Of a DNA stretch of 64,000 bases, positions 54,234-64,000 are shown in pieces. The stretch is from Candidatus Latescibacterota bacterium (GTDB taxonomy: Bacteria; Latescibacterota; UBA2968; GCA-2709665), in NCBI GenBank assembly GCA_965248435.1, contig OZ252100.1, forward strand, positions 384,001 to 448,000. Reading direction: 5' to 3'. Below the pieces are notes generated by a model, which worked only from the letters and a program-made list of their open reading frames with translations, was not told where the DNA came from and ran no database searches. The translations under genes and the position numbers were made by a program. The stretch's first letter is position 1. Every line of letters starts with the position of its first letter.

Positions 54234-54785
54234 TTAGATTTCGAGGGCCCGGTGGACCATATCTTTGGAGGCGTTCATGGCCGTGACGCTGGCTTCATAA
54301 GCCCTTGAGGCGGCGATCATGTCCACCATCTCCGTGATCACATTGATGTCCGGGTAGACCACGTAGCCATCCTCGCGGGCATCCGGGTGGGCCGGATCGT
54401 AAACAAGCTTCGGTTCGATCGGCTCTTCGCGAATCTCTACCGACTCGACGCCCGCGCCGAGCAGCTGATCTATCGTAGGCCTGGGAATTCCCGGAAGATG
54501 ACCTGGATGACTTCCCCGGAGATTGTCCTGCTGCCGCATCAGGAGGTTCGAAAACCGCCCGACTGTCGGCGACTCGATCATCACAACCCGTTTACGCTTG
54601 TATGGGCCGCCCTCTTCGGTCCGCGTCGTGTCAACGTTCGCGATATTGCTCGCAATCGCGTTCAGTTTCCGGCGCTGCGCCGAAAGTCCGGCGGCGCTGA
54701 TGTCGATGGAGTCGAAGATGCCGGCCTTGTTCGGGGCATAGCCCGTGGAGGATCTGGCCAGCGTTACGCTCTGGGATAAAGACAT
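54234..54785 (-). CDS. flgC: Flagellar basal-body rod protein FlgC
   Basis: SAAGLSAQR..NIANVDTT..GPYKRK..YDPAHPDA..GYV..EMVDMIAASRAYEA. Confidence 0.95.
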   Translation of the reverse strand: MSLSQSVTLARSSTGYAPNKAGIFDSIDISAAGLSAQRRKLNAIASNIANVDTTRTEEGGPYKRKRVVMIESPTVGRFSNLLMRQQDNLRGSHPGHLPGIPRPTIDQLLGAGVESVEIREEPIEPKLVYDPAHPDAREDGYVVYPDINVITEMVDMIAASRAYEASVTAMNASKDMVHRALEI

Positions 54786-54842
54786 GACAGTCCTTCCTCA
54801 AACAACCCGGTGAAGTGGGATGAAAATCCACTCCCCTCTCTC

Positions 54843-54857
54843 GCAAACCTCGTGCCG
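54843..54857 (-). promoter_or_regulatory. Sigma54 promoter of flgC
   Basis: Minus strand CGGCAC-GAGGT-TTGC. Confidence 0.8.
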
Positions 54858-54971
54858 AACCAATAGGATCCTCGTAAGTCTCTAATTATCAAAAAAATAA
54901 GGGAGATCGACGCCGTCGAAGCCGATCTCCCGTTAGTCCATTTGCTCCCCCGAAGAGGAAATTTCCTCTCT

Positions 54972-56159
54972 TCAGACCCCCTTTATCACGATGACGCTTA
55001 CTTCTGAAGGCGCGAGATAGCGCACAGGGGCCAGTGTATGGCCCAACCCGTTGTTCACACTCAGAAGCATCCTGCTCACTTCATAGAACCCCGACAGGTA
55101 GGGCGTCTCGGCCAGCACTGGCGTAAAGTTCCACCCGAACCAGCGCATCACGACCTGTCCCCCGTGGGTATGCCCGGCGACCATCACACGGTAGCCCGCC
55201 TCCTCGGCGAAGTCCACGACCTCCTGAGTGGGTTGATGGGTCAGCAAGATGGAGAACGCATTTCCGGGCTTTCCAGTCTTGAAGGCCCCGAGGTCTGGCC
55301 GATCGCTGTAGGCGTTCGTGAGAACAGAAAGTCCGACGGTTCCTCCCGGCATTCGAATCTGCTCGTGAACATTTTCGAGGAGTTTGACGCCCTCAGCTTC
55401 AAGCCGTTCTGAAATCATCCCGCTGTCCGACCAGATATCGTGATCCCCAAGACAGGCATACACGCCGTAGCGGGACTGGATCTTTCCGAGGGCCGCTGCA
55501 CCAGCCGGAATAAACGCGTCTCCCCGCGTGACCAGGTCCCCCGAAAACAGGACGATGTCGGCCTCCTGTCGATTCACTACATCGATGTAAGCCTCCAGAC
55601 GTGTTTGATCGGTTCTGGCGTCTGCCTGGACGTCGCTGATGTGGACGATCCGTAGACCTTCCAGGCCCTCCGGGAGTCCTGCAACCCGATGCTCTTTTAC
55701 CTGTGCTCGTACTCCGAACGTGTCTTGATAGACTCTGGCGACGACAAACAGGACCACCAGGACGAGACCTGTAGAAACCAGCCAGGGCTCCACGCCGAGC
55801 CACGCGAGCCAGGATTGTCTGAAAAAGATCCTTGCACCCAGTCGGACAACTTCCAGCGTAAGCAGATAGGGGGCGACCTGCGCGACGAAGATCACTGAAA
55901 TCCAATAGGGGTAGGTCAGGAACCAGTCGAGGAGGCCACCCTCAAGTTGGAGTCGCGAGATTCGAAACGTATGTCCAAGGAAGAGGAGGAGAGGGTAGGC
56001 CGTGATCCAGATCCCGACGCCGAGCAGCGTCCAGGCGAGCACCGGTTTGAGCTCCGGCAAGAGCCGCAGGACTGCGCCGGACCCCCTCCAGCCCACGTAA
56101 AGGAACAGAGGGATTTCAATGACAAAGATGACCAGAGTCATCCGGGTAGGCCAGGGCAT
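54972..56159 (-). CDS. Membrane-anchored metallophosphoesterase (YkuE-like)
   Basis: HISD, SGDLV, LGDHD, LLTHQP, AGHTHGGQ. N-terminal TMs. Confidence 0.9.
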   Translation of the reverse strand: MPWPTRMTLVIFVIEIPLFLYVGWRGSGAVLRLLPELKPVLAWTLLGVGIWITAYPLLLFLGHTFRISRLQLEGGLLDWFLTYPYWISVIFVAQVAPYLLTLEVVRLGARIFFRQSWLAWLGVEPWLVSTGLVLVVLFVVARVYQDTFGVRAQVKEHRVAGLPEGLEGLRIVHISDVQADARTDQTRLEAYIDVVNRQEADIVLFSGDLVTRGDAFIPAGAAALGKIQSRYGVYACLGDHDIWSDSGMISERLEAEGVKLLENVHEQIRMPGGTVGLSVLTNAYSDRPDLGAFKTGKPGNAFSILLTHQPTQEVVDFAEEAGYRVMVAGHTHGGQVVMRWFGWNFTPVLAETPYLSGFYEVSRMLLSVNNGLGHTLAPVRYLAPSEVSVIVIKGV

Positions 56160-56184
56160 CTGTTCTCCAAGGAATCGCCATCTA

Positions 56185-56263
56185 AGACCGCAGACCACGG
56201 ACCGCCAAAACCAGAAAAGATCACCCATTCATTTCGCCGTCCGTCGTCCGCCGTCTGTGGTCC
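56185..56263. repeat. Inverted pair of 7-bp tandem arrays (same family as 10571)
   Basis: AGACCGC AGACCAC GGACCGC ... GCCGTCC GTCGTCC GCCGTCT GTGGTCC. Confidence 0.8.
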
Positions 56264-56302
56264 ACGGGTGATGAGTCAGTAAATGACGCTCTTGTACCTC
56301 AC

Positions 56303-58807
56303 TTAATGAGGAATCCCGTACTGATGCATCCGCTTGTGAATCGCCTCACGAGCCTCGACGAACGGCCGCTCCAGGTAGGCCAGGTGGTCTTCTTCGCCGT
56401 GGTGGTGCGTCACCTCTCCGGGCCTGTGCTGACGGCTGGTGTGTTGGATGTAAGAGATACATCCACCCACGAGGGTGAGCATATACTCCGCGCCTTCTTT
56501 ATTGAACATCCACCACTCGCCGCCGCACGCGATATAAACCGGCGACGTGTGGGCCATCACCCCGCGGCCCCATCCATCTAGATGAGGAACCGACTCCGCG
56601 TAGCCCGGCCCCCCACATCTTGCAGCCAGCCAGGAGTGGCCTTCCACCCTGACCTTGGCCTTCAAGCTCAGCCTTCGGGCCCCCGCAGATTCGTTCGAAG
56701 CGGCCACAACACGCCCCTCCTGCACGACCTCCAGTGAGTGGATGGGCAGGATCGACTCGGCCTCCGCCGTAACCTCCACGGTGCCGCCGTTGCCCGGCAG
56801 GGTCACGGTGTCCCCGACCGCGTGGCCGTCGACGCTGAACTTGAGGATCGGACCGCCGCTGTGAAAGGTCCTGCCGGCGGCCATATTCCTGCACCAGTTT
56901 TCATACGAGAACGGTTCGTCGGGTGGGATGTAGACGTAGGTCCGGTAGATCCCCACCGGCACGTCGCTCGTCATCTTATCGGTGCCGCCGACGAGCGGAA
57001 GTTTGTAGCCGGTGTTCAGATAGCGATAGTACTCCTGATGATTGTACATCCCGTGCCAAAGCATCTCAACCGCGTCGGCCCTGCCCGTAGCGATCAATGC
57101 GGCGGGCTCCCCGTTCGGCTCCGGCAGATGTGGAATGACCACCGTGCCGCCCTGTGCGTGACACCGGTCCGCCCAGTCCGACATCGTCACTTCCAGCGTC
57201 CCCCCCAGTTCGGCCTCGCTCGGGCCGTCGGAGCACCAGGGCATCACGACGTCCTTCAGGCCCATCAGAATCAGATGCCCGAGGAAGTGCTGCCGGTTCT
57301 CGGAACCGACATAGACGATACTGCTGCCGTCGGGGGAGACACTCGCCCTACCGGTGAATTCCTCCGTGCCCGTGAACAGGCTGCCCCACTGAGAAGGCAA
57401 GAGGTTGACCACGTTCAGGTCTTCGCCCTGCGCCTCGGTGTGGCTGCCCTGAGTCGAGAGGAAGTGGACGTGCGAATCTCCGCTGAACCATCTCTCCTGG
57501 TTCATGTGACACCAGCGCTTCAGTCGCAGCTCGAGCTCCCGCTGGCCCGGCTTCAGCTCCACCCTCGCGCGCAGCGGCTCGTACTCGTAGCCCCGGGCGA
57601 CATCAACGATCACTCTCCCTCTGGGCAGCCATCCCTGGCAGGTCCCGTCGATGTAGGCGTAGCTGATCTGCTCGAGTCTCACGTCCCCACCCACGTCGAT
57701 ATGCCAGCTCCCCAGGTTCGAATTGACGTGGGCGTGGTGGCCGTGCGGGGCGTACGGGATGCCCTCCGGGGAACGGAAGTGGACGCGGCAGGGAACCGGC
57801 TTGCCCGTCTCGTCGTCCACGACGCGGGTGTGCACCCAGTTCCGGCCCCGATCTACGATGCGAACGTTCAGTCTCTCTGTGGGGTCGAGCTGGCCCTCAC
57901 TCTCCAATTCGCCCCACGCCACCTCGCCGAGGACTTCTCCGCCCTGTTTCACTTTGACCGTTGCGGAGGGGATCGCCGCCACCTCCACGTAGGCGGGGCT
58001 GCTCTTTTCGTTCTGTGGTTCCCCCCATCCCTTCTTGTCGTCCTTCAGAAAATCCTCCGCCGACTGTTCCGGCAGCGGTTGTGGATAGGTCGCGATGCCC
58101 CGGTCTACATCCACTTCCAGATCGAACGGCTTCTCCGCATCCTCCTGCAGGGGCAGGGTGATAATGACTTCCCTTTTCGCCTCCCTGGAAATGGGAGGTT
58201 CATCTCTGAAGCCCAGGGTAATGCCCCCGATTAGGAAGCCCGGACCGGCGGGTACCACCTCCAGGGCCTCCAGGCCCAGGTCCGGGCTGGGATTCTCCCA
58301 GACCCAGAGGACATAGTTCTTTACCGAGGCCGGTATCGATTCTTTCTGTCTTAGGCCCATCTGGTCCCAGGGCCCCTCGGAACGCGGCATGAGACGGTCC
58401 TGCTGGTCGTCAAACGCGATAAAGGGCCGCCCTTCGCCCCCGGAAGAGCCGGGAGGCACGACCGTGATCTCGAAGCGCTCCCGAATGGACACCCGCTCTG
58501 TCTCGCCCCCGTTCAGGTGAAAGAGGTATTCGGCCACGGGTTCGCCGATCGGACCCCCTTCGCTGATCCTGGACTTCAAGAGCCGGTGGGCAACGATCAC
58601 CCGCCGTGCCGGTCGGTTGATGGGAATCGTCAATGGACCTTCGTTTGTCTCCTTGCCAAAGGCGACAAAACAGCGCTCGCCCGTCCCGACCTGAAAGGGA
58701 AGGCCGTGGTAGATCAGGTCACCCGTTTCGGGCGTTCTTTCCTCTTCCACCAACTCTGATCCCGCGTTACAGAATTCAGACAGGTCCAGAGGTTCATAGT
58801 CATCCAT
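56303..58807 (-). CDS. CehA/McbA-family (PHP-like) metallohydrolase, intact copy
   Basis: WFSGDSHVH, GSENRQHFLGH, IPH, GGTD. GGAGG RBS. Confidence 0.8.
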   Translation of the reverse strand: MDDYEPLDLSEFCNAGSELVEEERTPETGDLIYHGLPFQVGTGERCFVAFGKETNEGPLTIPINRPARRVIVAHRLLKSRISEGGPIGEPVAEYLFHLNGGETERVSIRERFEITVVPPGSSGGEGRPFIAFDDQQDRLMPRSEGPWDQMGLRQKESIPASVKNYVLWVWENPSPDLGLEALEVVPAGPGFLIGGITLGFRDEPPISREAKREVIITLPLQEDAEKPFDLEVDVDRGIATYPQPLPEQSAEDFLKDDKKGWGEPQNEKSSPAYVEVAAIPSATVKVKQGGEVLGEVAWGELESEGQLDPTERLNVRIVDRGRNWVHTRVVDDETGKPVPCRVHFRSPEGIPYAPHGHHAHVNSNLGSWHIDVGGDVRLEQISYAYIDGTCQGWLPRGRVIVDVARGYEYEPLRARVELKPGQRELELRLKRWCHMNQERWFSGDSHVHFLSTQGSHTEAQGEDLNVVNLLPSQWGSLFTGTEEFTGRASVSPDGSSIVYVGSENRQHFLGHLILMGLKDVVMPWCSDGPSEAELGGTLEVTMSDWADRCHAQGGTVVIPHLPEPNGEPAALIATGRADAVEMLWHGMYNHQEYYRYLNTGYKLPLVGGTDKMTSDVPVGIYRTYVYIPPDEPFSYENWCRNMAAGRTFHSGGPILKFSVDGHAVGDTVTLPGNGGTVEVTAEAESILPIHSLEVVQEGRVVAASNESAGARRLSLKAKVRVEGHSWLAARCGGPGYAESVPHLDGWGRGVMAHTSPVYIACGGEWWMFNKEGAEYMLTLVGGCISYIQHTSRQHRPGEVTHHHGEEDHLAYLERPFVEAREAIHKRMHQYGIPH

Positions 58808-59015
58808 GTCTGTCCTCCAAATCGAATAAGAAATTCCCACCAGATTTGATCCGGCAGGAATGAGGAATGGCTCCGCGCCTATTTAATGCCTTCGGTCTAT
58901 ACTGTCAATACGATTCTCCTGATGCGTGATTATGTAACGACTTTCTGGGACCTGCCCTCCAGGAAGCGATCACATTCTCTACCGCCCCACTTGAAGATCG
59001 AGCGGATTCTATCTA

Positions 59016-59057
59016 GCCGTCTGCCGTCCGTCGTCTGCCGTCTGCCGTCTGCCGTCT
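59016..59057. repeat. Six-unit 7-bp tandem array (GCCGTCT)
   Basis: GCCGTCT GCCGTCC GTCGTCT GCCGTCT GCCGTCT GCCGTCT. Confidence 0.85.
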
Positions 59058-59095
59058 GCGGGTGATAAGACAACAAATTGGGCTTTGTGCCTCAC

Positions 59096-61599
59096 TCAAT
59101 GAGGAATCCCGTACTGATGCATCCGCCGGTGGATCGCCTCTCGAGCCTCGACGAACGGCCGCTCCAGGTACGCCATGTGGTCTTCCTCTCCATGATGATG
59201 TGTGACTTCGCCGGATCGATGCTGGCGGCTCGTGTGTCGAACGTAGGAGATGCACCCATCCACGAGGGTGAGCATATACTCCGCACCCTCTCGATTGAAC
59301 ATCCACCATTCGCCGCCGCACGCGATATAGACGGGCGACGTGTGGGCCATCACGCCCCGCCCCCATCCATCCAGGTGGGGAACCGACTCCGCGTAGCCCG
59401 GCCCCCCACATCGCGCCGCCAGCCAGGAGTGACCCTCCACTTTGACCTTGGCGTTCAGGCTCAGCCTTCGGGCCCCCGCAGATTCGTTCGAAGAAGCCAC
59501 GACACGCCCCTCCTGGACGATCTCCAGTGAGTGAATGGGCAGGATCGACTCTGCCTCCACCGTAACCTCTACGGTTCCCCCGTTGCCCGGCAGAGTGACC
59601 GTATCCCCCACACGGTGGCCGTCCACACTGAACTTGAGGATCGGCCCGCCGCTGTGGAAGGTCCGACCGGCGGTCATATTCCTGCACCAGTTTTCATATG
59701 TGAACGGCTCGTCCGGAGGGATGTAGACGTAGGTCCGATAGATCCCGACCGGCGTGTCGCTCGTCATCTTGTCCGTACCACCTACGAGAGGAAGCTTGTA
59801 GCCAGTGTTCAGATACCGATAGTATTCCCGATGGTTGTACATCCCGTGTCGTAGCATTTCGACCGCGTCTGCACGTCCCGTCGCGATCAATGTGGCGGGC
59901 TCCCCATTTGGGCTCGGCAGATGAGGGATGACCACCGTGCCACCCTGGGCGTGACACCGGTCCGCCCAGTCCGACATCGTCACTTCCAGCGTTCCCCCCA
60001 ACTCGGCCTCGTTCGGACCGTCAGAGCACCACGGCATCACGACGTCCTTCAGCCCGAGCAGGATAAGGTGCCCCAGAAAGTGCTGCCTGTTCTCGGAGCC
60101 GACATAGACGATACTGCTGCCGTCGGGTGACACGCTCGCCCTTCCTGTAAACTCCTCGGTGTTCGTGAACAGGCTGCCCCACTGAGAAGGAAGGAGATTG
60201 ACGACGTTCAGATCTTCACCCTGGGCTTCAGCATGGCTGCCCTGAGTCGAGAGAAAGTGGACGTGTGAGTCTCCGCTGAACCATCTGTCGCGATTCATGT
60301 CGCACCAGCGTTTCAGGCGAAGCTCCAGCTCCTGCTGTCCCGGCTTTACTTCCACCCTGTCGCGCAATGGTTCGTACTCGAACCCCCTGGCGACATCCAC
60401 GATCACCTCACCCCTCGGCAGCCAACCCTGACAGGACCCGTCGATATAGGCATAGGTGATCTGTCCCATCCGCAGATCTCCGCCCACGTCGTTATGCCAC
60501 GTGCCCAGGTTGGAATTGACGTGCGCGTGATGGCCGTGTGGGGCGTACGGTATGCCCTCGGGGACCGGAAATGGACGCGACAGGGAACCGGCTTGCCTGT
60601 CTCGTCGTCCACGACGCGGGTGTGCACCCAATTCCGGCCGTTGTCCACGACGCGGACGTTCAGCCTTTCCGTGGGGTCGAGTTGGCCTTTGCTCTCCAAT
60701 TCGCTCCATGGCACCTCCCCGAGCACTTCACCACCCTGTTTCACCTTGACAGTCGCTGATGGAATGGCCGCAATCTCCACGTAAGCGGGGCTGCTTTTCT
60801 CGTTCTGCGGCTCACCCCATCCCTTTGTCGAATCCTGCAGGAAGTCTTCCGCCGACTGCTCCGGAAGCGCGTAGGGATAGGTCGCGATACCTCGATCCAC
60901 ATCTACTTCTAGGTCGAACGGCTTCTCTGCGTCTTCCTCCTGCGGCAGGGTGATGATGACTTCCCGGGTCGCCTCTCGTGAAATCGGATGCTCGTCTCTA
61001 TGCCCAAGTGTGATCCCCCCGATGAGGAAGCCCGGGCCGGCCGGAATCACCTCCATCGCCTCTATCGTCCTGTCCGGTTTCGGGTTCTCCCAGACCCAGA
61101 GAACATACTCTAGCGCTGCGCCTGGGATCGACTCCATCTGCCTCCGTCCCGCCTGCTCCCACGGTCCCTCGTAGCGTGGCATGAGGCTGTCCTTTTGGTC
61201 GTCCACCGCGAGAAAGGGCTTGCCCTCACCCCCAAAAGACTTCGGGGGCACGACCGAGATTTCAAAGCGTTCCCGAATGGGCACCCGCTCCGTCTCGTCC
61301 CCCTCCAGGCGAAAGAGGTATTCGGCCACGGGGTCGCCGATCGGCCCCCCCTCCTTGATCGCGGACCTGAGGAGCCGGTGGGCTACGATCACCCGCCGTG
61401 CCGGTCGATCGATGGGGATCGTCAGTGGACCCTCGTCTATCCCTTCGCCAAAAGCCACAAAACATCGCTCACCCATCCCGGTCTGAAAAGGGAGGCCGTG
61501 GAAGGTCAAAGCACCCGTTTGTGGCGCTTGCCTCTCTGCTATCAACTCAACTCCTGCATTGCAGAATGCAGACAGGTCCAGCGGTTCATAGTCTTCCAT
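59096..61599 (-). pseudogene. CehA/McbA-family metallohydrolase, second copy, 1-bp frameshift at ~60560-60563
   Basis: Two overlapping ORFs (60403-61599 and 59096-60709) are each collinear with the intact copy. One extra C on the coding strand restores VHFRSPEGIPY. Could be a sequencing error. Confidence 0.8.
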
Positions 61600-61623
61600 G
61601 TCTGTCCTCCACTTGATGCCTTG

Positions 61624-62592
61624 TTATGTCACGACGTTTTGGGGCCTGTCCTCCAGAAAGGCGATCACGTTCTCTACCGCGCCACTGTTCAGCAGGTCGA
61701 CCCCTTCGGGCGTCATATCCGCGCAGTGCGGCGTGAGGACAACCTGCTCGCAAGAGAGCAGCGGATGGTCCGGCGCGACCGGTTCCTCATCGTAGACGTC
61801 GATGCTTGCCCCCCCCAGGTGTCCTGACCGAAGCGCTTCCACCAGCGCCCCGGTGTCTACGACGCCTCCTCTGGCACCGTTGATCAGGATCGCACCTTGC
61901 TTCATCAGCTCCAGCTCCCGTGCGCCGATCAGCCCCTTGCTCTGTTCGGTCAGTTTCACGTGAAGGCTAACTATGTCTGCCGTCTGCAGGAGTTCTTCAA
62001 GTTCGACGTACCGCAGCCCCAGATTCCCGCCGCGATCTTCCGAGGGGTGATAGGTCCACGCGATCACCTCCATTCCGATCGCGTTTCCCAGTCTCGCCAT
62101 CTCGGCTCCGATATTCCCCGTTCCGACGATCCCCAGGACCTTGCCCTGAAGCATCACGTTATCCATTCTGGGCCAGTGCCCTGCCTTCATTTCAGCGGTC
62201 ATATATGCCGCCCGCTTGGCCACGGCGAACATCAACCCGAACAAATGTTCAGCCACAACCGGCGCCGTCCGGCCCGGTTGATTGCAGATCACAATCCCTC
62301 TGGCCTTTGCCGCCTCCAGGTCGAACATATCGGTGCCGATCGAGCAGCTCGTGATCATTCTGAGTTTCGGGAGCTGCTCGAATTCCTCCATGCCCCAGGT
62401 CACCGCGCCTCGCGTGTTCATAAGAATGTCCGCACCTTTCGCCCGGGAGACCTTTTCCTCCAGCGTCTCCGGCCGATCCGAGTAAAGCACGACCTCTCCA
62501 TAGGTGTCCAAACGGGCAAGATGGGGGGACCCTGCGATCTGTACGGGGTGATCGCCGGGGATGACGATTTTGACGTTGGATTGCGTGGACAT
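61624..62592 (-). CDS. D-isomer-specific 2-hydroxyacid dehydrogenase (SerA/LdhA family)
   Basis: GTGNIG, SLHV, INGARG, DVYDEEP, TPHCA. Confidence 0.9.
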   Translation of the reverse strand: MSTQSNVKIVIPGDHPVQIAGSPHLARLDTYGEVVLYSDRPETLEEKVSRAKGADILMNTRGAVTWGMEEFEQLPKLRMITSCSIGTDMFDLEAAKARGIVICNQPGRTAPVVAEHLFGLMFAVAKRAAYMTAEMKAGHWPRMDNVMLQGKVLGIVGTGNIGAEMARLGNAIGMEVIAWTYHPSEDRGGNLGLRYVELEELLQTADIVSLHVKLTEQSKGLIGARELELMKQGAILINGARGGVVDTGALVEALRSGHLGGASIDVYDEEPVAPDHPLLSCEQVVLTPHCADMTPEGVDLLNSGAVENVIAFLEDRPQNVVT

Positions 62593-62842
62593 TTGGATCT
62601 TGCTCGAATAATCGAAAACTACAATATCTGCCAATCTCGCATGAACTGTTTGTTTGCCCAAGAAATATTTCACACCAAATTAGATCAAGAGAGCGGGACT
62701 TGAGATAAAGCCCTCGGGGACGATCGTCTTTCTGCTCGTGTTCCGTATTCCAAAAAGAAGGCCCCGGGAATCATCCAAATCCCAGGGCTCATTACCAATG
62801 GTAAGGATTTCTATATCAGCGTCGGATCAGCTGTCGAAACCG

Positions 62843-63205
62843 CTATACCAACATCTTATCGATTGTACTCAACATTTCCTCTACATCCAGAGGCTTGGAT
62901 AAAGATCGAGCAGCCCCCAAATCTCTGACGGAGTTCATCAAGTCCGGTTTGCTTTCAAACGCACCCGACATGGCGATGATTTTGGCAGTCGGGAAATCTC
63001 GCCTCAATTCTCGAATCACTTCCAGCCCGTCCTTCTTTGGCATTTGGATGTCTGTGATTACGAGGTCGGTCTGTTGTTCGCGGTATGCGGTAACGCCGCT
63101 CTCTCCGTCGCAAGCTTCCAGCACGTTGTGACCCGCGAGCTCAAGGGTCCGCCGGAGTAAACGTCTTACCAGGTTTTCATCTTCAATAATCAAGATCTTT
63201 GCCAA
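62843..63205 (-). CDS. Single-domain response regulator
   Basis: ILIIEDE, TDIQMPKKDG, MSG, KPL. TTG start after GGGAGGGAG. Confidence 0.9.
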   Translation of the reverse strand: MAKILIIEDENLVRRLLRRTLELAGHNVLEACDGESGVTAYREQQTDLVITDIQMPKKDGLEVIRELRRDFPTAKIIAMSGAFESKPDLMNSVRDLGAARSLSKPLDVEEMLSTIDKMLV

Positions 63206-63369
63206 TGGATCTCCCTCCCGACTGTTTGTGGAGTAAGCCCTCTCCACCGAGAATCACGTAAAGAAGCTCCAACATCCTATGTTTTTTGACGTTAGATATT
63301 GCCAACCGGGGATTCTTTTGCTATCATGTACGTACCAAAGCGGTCAGGTTTTCCTGTTCGCTTGGTAGG

Positions 63370-63411
63370 CGCCGGAGGGTGAGCTGGCCAAGCTAATGCC
63401 CTCCGGCTTTT
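63370..63411. terminator. Hairpin downstream of the pentapeptide gene
   Basis: GCCGGAGGG...CCCTCCGGC followed by TTTT. Confidence 0.55.
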
Positions 63412-63426
63412 ATATGTTCCAAGGTG

Positions 63427-64000
63427 CTAGTTCAAGTTCGTTTTTCGCGCGATTTTGATTTTGATTTCTATTTCGTCACCGAACAGTTGATAATACCGGG
63501 ATTCGCGCAGCGCTAGAAGGTCTTCGAAACTCTCGTGATGATAAATTTCTTTAGCCAATTCCCATCGATCCAATAAATGCCATGTATCATTGTACTTCCT
63601 GAACGTGGCATCCACATCCTCCATCCTATGCGGATGAACTCTCTCAATCCTTTCTACACCACCCTCCCAACACGGAAACGATCTAGACAGTATGAATTCG
63701 GCAAACTGCCGCATTTCAAGATCGTCTGAATATTCATACAGAATCATACGGGCAATGATATCGTGGCAATGGCAACCATAAAAGAGTTTCCCCGGAAAAT
63801 GGTGCTGAGGTCTAAGGCGGGAAAGAACCGCAGGATCAAAGTCTGGCAGCTTAATCCCTATTGTTCTGGCCCCGTTGGTATTCCAGCAAATGTTCTCGAG
63901 CGTAGCGTCCGAAAGATCAGCACAGCGCAGATCCGCGATTTCTATCCAAACATTGCGAATCTCTGCCCCTTTCATACTGGTCATAGAGAGATCTGTCCGT
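63427..64000 (-). CDS. Pentapeptide-repeat protein, 5'-truncated by window edge
   Basis: TDLSM TSMKG AEIRN..ADLRC ADLSD ATLEN. Frame is open to the window end. Confidence 0.7.
   Translation of the reverse strand, partial: RTDLSMTSMKGAEIRNVWIEIADLRCADLSDATLENICWNTNGARTIGIKLPDFDPAVLSRLRPQHHFPGKLFYGCHCHDIIARMILYEYSDDLEMRQFAEFILSRSFPCWEGGVERIERVHPHRMEDVDATFRKYNDTWHLLDRWELAKEIYHHESFEDLLALRESRYYQLFGDEIEIKIKIARKTNLN

Noticed and set aside
59013-59060. RRQTADGRRRTADG peptide repeats and possible CRISPR-like repeats
   Set aside because: These are translations of a 7-bp intergenic tandem array. There are no 25-45-bp repeats with unique spacers and no cas genes.
63289-63306. Possible sigma54 promoter (TTGGCA..) upstream of the last response regulator
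   Set aside because: The -12 GC is not at the GG-N10-GC spacing.

Overview
Gene-dense, GC-rich bacterial chromosomal window with no rRNA, tRNA, CRISPR array or recognisable transposase/integrase. The gene families (CehA/McbA-type hydrolases, PhyH, DUF1080, DUF5916, F-rich EF-hand/dockerin-like C-terminal tags) suggest an FCB-associated uncultured lineage such as Latescibacterota; this is an inference only. The layout is: 1-19.4 kb a + strand run of catabolic and accessory genes; 19.5-37.8 kb a mixed region (RND permease-queC, sigma54-driven small coiled-coil genes, bactofilin, NitT/TauT ABC transporter, GT2/DegT, TonB, TPR/PP2C); 38.3-43.3 kb a four-gene porin/14-heme cytochrome operon with an unexplained structured RNA-like element upstream; 43-55 kb signalling genes, a lysine riboswitch with asd, a membrane di-heme cytochrome and an orphan sigma54-driven flgC; 56-62 kb a tandem duplication of a CehA/McbA-like hydrolase, one copy frameshifted. 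The three best leads are (i) a ~560-bp DUF559 endonuclease cassette bounded by inverted hairpins and a 15-bp direct repeat, which looks like a minimal mobile element, (ii) the porin-multiheme cytochrome operon with atypical heme motifs and a temptin-like CxxCH protein, and (iii) a candidate ~110-nt ncRNA at 43.2 kb. All family calls come from motif recognition, not database searches.
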